From the NCBI RefSeq assembly GCF_009914755.1, contig NC_060929.1: DNA of 64,000 nucleotides; one strand, 5' to 3'. A model generated the notes under the pieces. That model saw only the letters and a list, made by a program, of their open reading frames with translations. It searched no databases and had not been told where the DNA came from. The first letter of the stretch is position 1. Each line of letters begins with the position of its first letter. Position numbers and translations under genes: made by a program. Below, piece by piece: positions 57,634 through 64,000 of the stretch. The DNA is from the human T2T-CHM13v2.0 reference genome, Homo sapiens.

Positions 57634-58049
57634 AAGAAAGAAAGAGAGAAAGAGAGAAAGAAAGAGGAAGGAAGGAAGGAAGGAAGGAGAAGAAAGAAAG
57701 AAAGAAAAAGAAAGAAAGAGAGAGAGAGAGAAAGAAAGAAAGGAGGGAGGGAGAGAGGGAGGGAGGGCAGGGGGAGAGGGGAGGGGGAGAGGGAAGGGGG
57801 AGGGGAGGGAAAGAAAGGGAAAGGAAGGGAAGGAGAGGGAAGGAAAGGAAGGGAAGGGAGGGAAGGAAAGGAAGGGAAGGAAGTGAAGAAGGGAAGGAAG
57901 GGAAGAAGGGAAGGAAGGAAGAAAGAGAGAGAGAGAAAGAGAAAAGAAAGAAAGAGAAAGAAAAAGAAAGAAGGAAAGAAGGAAAGAAAGAACGAGAAGA
58001 AAGAAAGAAAAAGAAAGAAAGAAAGAAACAAAGAAAGAGAAAGAAAAGG
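57634..58049 (+). repeat. ~415-bp polypurine compound microsatellite (GAAA/GGAA/GA/GGGA), expanded Alu tail
   Basis: Only three pyrimidines seen; bounded by TSD gaaatggg(a)gtcc at 57342-57354 and 58050-58061. Confidence 0.95.
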
Positions 58050-58654
58050 GAAATGGGGTCCGACCAGTGCTGGGGACTAGATCCCGGCCTCCGAGTGAAA
58101 GCAGAGCGCGTATGACCGATGTCAGTTGCAGAGTCAAACAGCTGGAGCCGCCCAGTCTGAGGAGCGCCAGGAGATCAAAGTGCAGGACGGGTCACAGAGG
58201 CAGGACCAGGGTCCTGGAAGTATATGTTAGTCCCTCTCTCTTCTCGTTCCTAAGGAGTCGTTCTCCGGACCCAGCATCCTTTCTCCTTCTTTCTTGTCCT
58301 TGGCAGACACAGAGCAGAGTAGAGTAAAGACCTTCGGGCTCAGGTTGTTCGAGAAAGCAGAGCTGGGTTTGGCTTTAGCAAAGAAACAGCTAAAGCAAAC
58401 CTGGGCTTTCGTAGACCTGTTCTGAGAAGAGATCCCCCTGGCCGGGACCCACCATTTGGGTTATGCTTGCTGCGTTATCTTCTCATGAAAGGCCGATCTT
58501 ATCACTCATACTATTGCGCATGAGACAGGCATGAGACCTCTCACACTACCTGCAGCATTCTTTTTGCAGGAGGAAGGAAAGTTGGACAGATGTTTTTAAA
58601 AATCTTCCTTTGCGCCTTCTGCGCAGCCTCTTGCAAGTCCTGGCGGAAGCCACG

Positions 58655-58673
58655 TGGACACCAGAGGGCGCCA
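58655..58673 (+). promoter_or_regulatory. CTCF motif in a CpG-enriched block, overlapping E-box and adjacent ETS-like site
   Basis: TGGACACCAGAGGGCGCCA vs consensus TGGCCACCAGGGGGCGCTA (16/19); CACGTG at 58651-58656; GCGGAAG at 58643-58649. Confidence 0.7.
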
Positions 58674-59179
58674 CAGCACCAGCTCATTCCCCGGAGGCTC
58701 CATCACCAAGGGTTCCGGCTTCACAGAACAAGCCTGAGTTGAGCTCCTGCAATCACAATCACACAGAACAGACCCAGGGTTGGAAGCAATGCAAGAAACG
58801 GAAGTTTCGCATTTTCTCTCACTCTGCGTTGCCACTGATGGTTCGACAGCTTTTCTGGAACAAAAGGAAATCAAGAGATTTACCACTATGCTAAGTGTAC
58901 CCATAGATTTTACAACCTGCTCTGATTTCACTCAAGTTAAAAAAAAGGAAAAAAGACAAAGTGGACCTCGAAAAGAAGAAAATACGGTAATAATTGCTGG
59001 TTACAAATTCTGCAGGCATCTATGCCGAGGCCTGATTGCAGGCCATCCCCACAGCTGGGACTCGTGTACTGATCAAGAAAATTCCGAGCGCCCAGGAAAT
59101 AGCGGCAGACATGATTTTACTTGATCTCAGGATGGGTATCATCAAAGGAGCCTGGTCTTCCCACTGGAAGTGAAGGTCA

Positions 59180-59746
<567 letters not shown>

Positions 59747-60239
59747 TCAACAGAGCTCAGCCCTCACTTCCTGTCCTTTCTATTCCTGCACCCAGCTGTG
59801 CACTGACAGCAGTGAGTTCGGTGGGGACAGCATGATTTATAAGCAGATGAAATATTTCTGTGCAGAAACCAAATAAACAAGTTTTCTGGGACAATTTAAT
59901 TCCAGATATTTTGTAATAGCTGTTGTCAGGTGGTGCATAAGTGATGGGTCAAATGAGGCATCCTCATTTTTTATCTGCAAATTATGGAACTTAAGGACAT
60001 TTTAAGCAGAATTAAGATGCCAGAGATGGAGTCCAAAGCATAATCCAGGCTTGGTGGTGACCACATCAGCCACATTTTATGAGAGAATGAATGAAAAGGC
60101 TATTGAAAGTGGAAGGCACCATACAAACAGAAGAAAGAGATGATTATATGTGATCCAGATCAAAGGCACCTCTCTCTCTCTCATAGAAACACCTTATCCC
60201 TTCCCAGGGAGGGGGTGAAAACAAGCAGCATGAACTGAG

Positions 60240-60610
60240 TGAGAAATGGGCTCAAATCTCCACTCTGCTATTTACTAGTTGTACAGCTTTGAACAAGCAG
60301 TTTTACCTCTCTGAGCCTCAGTTTCTTTATCTCTTAAGTGGTATAATAATCCTCATATTTTACAGAGTAGTTATTAATAATAACTTCATGCATTTACCAC
60401 ATGCTATGAGCCATGCACTGTGCCCACCGCTTTATAAATTTCGGCACATTTCATCTTCCCAGCAGACCACAGGGCAGCCATTCCCACAGGAGGTGAGGAG
60501 TGTGGGATGCAGAGGGGTCGAACGACCAGCCCACAGACACACCTAAGTTGCAGAGGTGGAACCCAAGGTCAGGTTTATCAGGCCCAAGAGCTTAGAATGT
60601 AACCACTTAC
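60240..60610. mobile_element. Two MIR fragments in opposite orientations
   Basis: ctctctgagcctcagtttctttatct (+) followed by tttcatcttcccagcagacc ... cacaggaggtgaggag (-). Confidence 0.65.
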
Positions 60611-60825
60611 TGATCGTAGAAGAAGCCAGGGATCACCAATGAAATCTGAGAGGGGTTGTGACAAATTGGAGTTTGCACGGGGAGCAAGGAGAGCTCTGAC
60701 AACTGAAATGACATCTTCAGTCCTCACAATAATCTAACCGTAGAGTGTGAGCATCAGCAAAGAAAAAGGACAGAACAGGAGAGGTTTTCTGGTGTCTTTT
60801 TTCCTGTCCCTTTGGGTAGAAGTTC

Positions 60826-61117
60826 TTTTTTCTTTTTTTGAGCTGGAGTCTCACTCTGTCACCCGGGCTGGAGTGCAGTGGCATGGTCTTGGCTCACTGC
60901 AACCTCTGCCCCCCCAGGTTCAAGTGATTCTCCTGCCTCAGCCTCCAGAGTAGCTGGGATTACAGGTGCCTGCCACCGCACCTGGCTAATTTTTGTATTT
61001 TTAGTAGAGACGGAGTTTCACCATCTTGGCCAGGCTGGTCTTGAACTCCTGACCTTGTGATCCATCCGAGGTCTCCCAAAGTGCTGGGATTACAGGCGTG
61101 AGCTACCGCACCCGGCC
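60826..61117 (-). mobile_element. AluS-type SINE
   Basis: Full antisense Alu; approximate TSD agaa(g/c)ttc. Confidence 0.96.
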
Positions 61118-63679
61118 AGAACTTCATATTTTTCAGGAAACTTCACACACACAGTCTCCTTTGATCCTCATGCTAGTCCCATGAAGTGCACAGGAAAGAC
61201 TTCATTAATCCCATTTTACCAAAGACAAAGAGTCCCACTGGCTAAGTGACCAACCAAAGGCCCCCTTGGAGACAAAGCTGTGGGTAAAATTTTGCAAAGT
61301 TGCCATAAGAATTAAAAGTGACAGTTCATGCAAGAGTACTCACCATGGCAACTGGCACACAATGGGTGCTCAATAAATGCACACAGGATCTGAATGAGTT
61401 GAAAAAGTCTTCCCAGACCATATTCATTCATTCTTCCTCCAAGTGTGAGCTCTGCCACTGTGTGGTATGAGGACAGTTCTCAGCAATGGCACAGAGAGAA
61501 CTTTTAGACAAAATGCCATCCAGTGAAAAACTTGGGGTTGCGATGGAGCGTTGTCAGAGATGGGGGAGCACAGGCCTGGGAGAGGCCCTGTGACTGACTC
61601 CACTAGTCCCTCCAAAGAATCTTAGAGCTGGAAATAATTTAGAGACCATTTGGTCCCACATTTCCCAACTCTCAGGCATCCCCAGCCACGCCGAGCTTGT
61701 TTGCCTTGTCTGAATGCCATCTCACTGTTACTTACAATTTGCCTTGAGTCAACTAGCTTTTTTATTTAGATGAATGTATTTCAGTACACATTTATGAAAT
61801 CAAAGGTCTGATTTGCTGGGTACAGATTTTGTAAAAATATATGCCTGTGCTTCAATTTGGCTGTGCCTAATAAAGGCATAGTATGTAAAAAAAATTAAAA
61901 TATGTCCATATTCCATACTTCTGGAAACTCAATTAATCCACTCAAATGAATTCACAATGTAAAGGAGAAAATTTAGCACCAAAGCAGAAAGCATTGCACT
62001 GCTATTTAGTACCACAGGGAGACTTGAACTCAAGTCGCTTTCCTTAGAATCTAGGGCTCTTTGCCATCAAGTGTCTTCTTTTTGACCTTAAGATCTGTAA
62101 CATTAGCTACCTAGAGCTGTGTGGGACAAAAGTGTCAGAAAGTGGGAGACACAACCCCTGCCAAAGGCCTCCCAGTAGGCACCCTGGATGGCAGGGCTAT
62201 GGGTGATGCAGTTTCTCCTTTGAGCTTATTGGTCTTTTCTCACTAACTGTGCATTACTGATGTCATTTTGGTAGCTATGTAAAAAGAAAGATCAAGCTAC
62301 TTGTATATGTTTATAATACATATGTCTCACAAATCCAGAAAGATGTCTATCGCCTCCTAAATAAAGGGGGAACCTCATTTTGTTTGCTGTTTCCCCGGGG
62401 CTTGCTTTCTGACACTAACAGTGGTCACAGTGTGCTGAGTACATGCATTGTGTTGAGCACCGGCTCAAGGATTTCTCCAAATCCTTCTAAGCTAGATATT
62501 ACCTGTGTCTTCCAGCAGCACCTGGAAGGTGTAGAAACGGGATCAGAGCTCCAGGGTCACACTCCAACACTGATTTCTTGTCTCGGAACAGCGGGCTATT
62601 TTGGAGACCAACAGCTGTCACGCTCAGTCTGACATAGCATGAACACCTGCTCAGCCCTGTCTCCTCTGAGCCTTGCCTGGGAGGGGGTGGGAAAATGCCG
62701 GTCCCATTATTCGACTGCAGAAGCCGACTTGCAAAGGGTTGCCAGAGTTTGCCTATAAAATCACACAGCCGAGGCGTACAGCATAGGCACTTCCATCTCC
62801 GTTCTTTCTAATTGCTGCAAGCATCGCTTACAGTTAATGAGATACATTGATATTTAAGGCTGGAAACAGAAGTTGCTGAGCAGGCCCAGCACAGACTTCT
62901 TCTGCCCAAGCGAGTGGCCTCCCTGAAGGAAGCGCCTGTCTGCTGGGCTTCTCTACACACGGTGACTTCAGAGAGGCCCGTCATCTGATAGTTAACTGCT
63001 CATCCTGCCTGTCAGGGGAAGTCAAAACATAGTTAAAATTTAGTGGACTTAATCTATTTAATAATAAAAATAATAATGGCCCAATTAATAGCAATCCTGT
63101 GCACTTTTATGGATGCTTTCATCTGAGAATCAAAGTGGTCTGGAAGAGGAACCATCATTAGCTGATTATACAGATGAGGAAAATCAGCATAAAGAGGTTA
63201 AATGACTTGCCCAAGGTCAGGGCCTGAGTCAGCACTGGAGCCAGAGGGAGAGCGACAGGCTCAGCCAGGGCTTCAGCTCCCTCCTCCTCTTTCTGGGCCT
63301 GGCACTTTTGTAATATCTTTCATCTGAGAATCTTAAATTAATCTCCCAACAATTACCACCATTCATCGGTGGCCAACAAAAAAAAAAAATCTCAACCTGG
63401 CTTGCCAAGCAGTGAAGGCCTCTGTCCTTTGCTGCCTCCACTGGGTCGTCAGGGGGTGTCGGCAGAGAGTACCCCCACCTGCTCCCCGGCCTGGCACAGG
63501 GTCCTGGGTCTCACCATGCCAGAGGCTGGAGCCCCACACAGCCAAGAAACCGGGAGTGAACAAGACAGCAGGGCCAGTAGTTGGAGCCATTTCCCATATA
63601 ATAATCTGGAAGTCATCTTAGGGATGCTGTCTTTGAGTTTCTGTTTCTCTGTTTGTTCTAACTGAAATTCAGACGTTAT

Positions 63680-63860
63680 GCCATAGGGGAAAGAACATAA
63701 ATTTTGGAGCCAGACACACCTGGCTTTGAATATTCACTCTGTCGCTTATTAGCTGTGTGTCCTTAGACAAATTGCTTTACCTCTCTGAGCCTCAATGTCT
63801 TTATCTGTAACATCAGTGTAGCTTGTACCTTAGATGCCTTTGATGCCTACAATGAGAGCT
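63680..63860 (+). mobile_element. MIR SINE
   Basis: ttttggagccagacacacctgg ... cttattagctgtgtgtccttagacaaattgctttacctctctgagcctca. Confidence 0.85.
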
Positions 63861-64000
63861 ACATGTGCTTCCACTCCTCTTTAATTGAATTCACTGTAAA
63901 GTTGTGCTTTGTATATATAGTTCTTAATACACTGTGCATTGCTGCATGCATTGTATCTGTGTAGACCCGTGGTGCAGTGTATACATCCAAAATCGGATAT

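Noticed and set aside
57526-58137. K/E/R/G-rich and F/L/S/P-rich ORFs of 100-200 aa
   Set aside because: Translations of Alu plus polypurine tract, which cannot contain stop codons
58460-58565. Possible Pol III small RNA (tgctgc/gcagca, tctcatg/catgaga stems, T5 end)
   Set aside because: Stems short and out of register, no clear A/B boxes; the T-run doubles as a splice-acceptor pyrimidine tract

Overview
Primate (human-like) nuclear DNA, apparently intergenic or deep intronic, judged by eye from abundant Alu, L1M, L2, MIR, MaLR/ERVL LTR and MER elements. I find no intact protein-coding gene, rRNA, tRNA or CRISPR array, and I cannot name the locus. The supplied ORFs are best explained as repeat-derived or chance. 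Repeat subfamily calls and most repeat boundaries are from memory of consensus sequences and are approximate. The most notable signals are: (1) a decayed minus-strand gamma-type retroviral env remnant (RAKR furin site, fusion peptide, eroded CX6CC) split by two Alus at ~6.25-7.6 kb; (2) a splice-site-bounded, coding-like but disabled minus-strand exon at 5004-5373; (3) unusual retrotransposition products, namely a three-armed AluY within one TSD, a 3-nt-plus-poly(A) insertion with a 16-bp TSD, and an Alu tail expanded into a ~415-bp polypurine tract; (4) a CpG-enriched block at ~58.1-59.1 kb with a near-consensus CTCF site and a ~100-nt hairpin. None of this establishes a new biological system; these are testable candidates.
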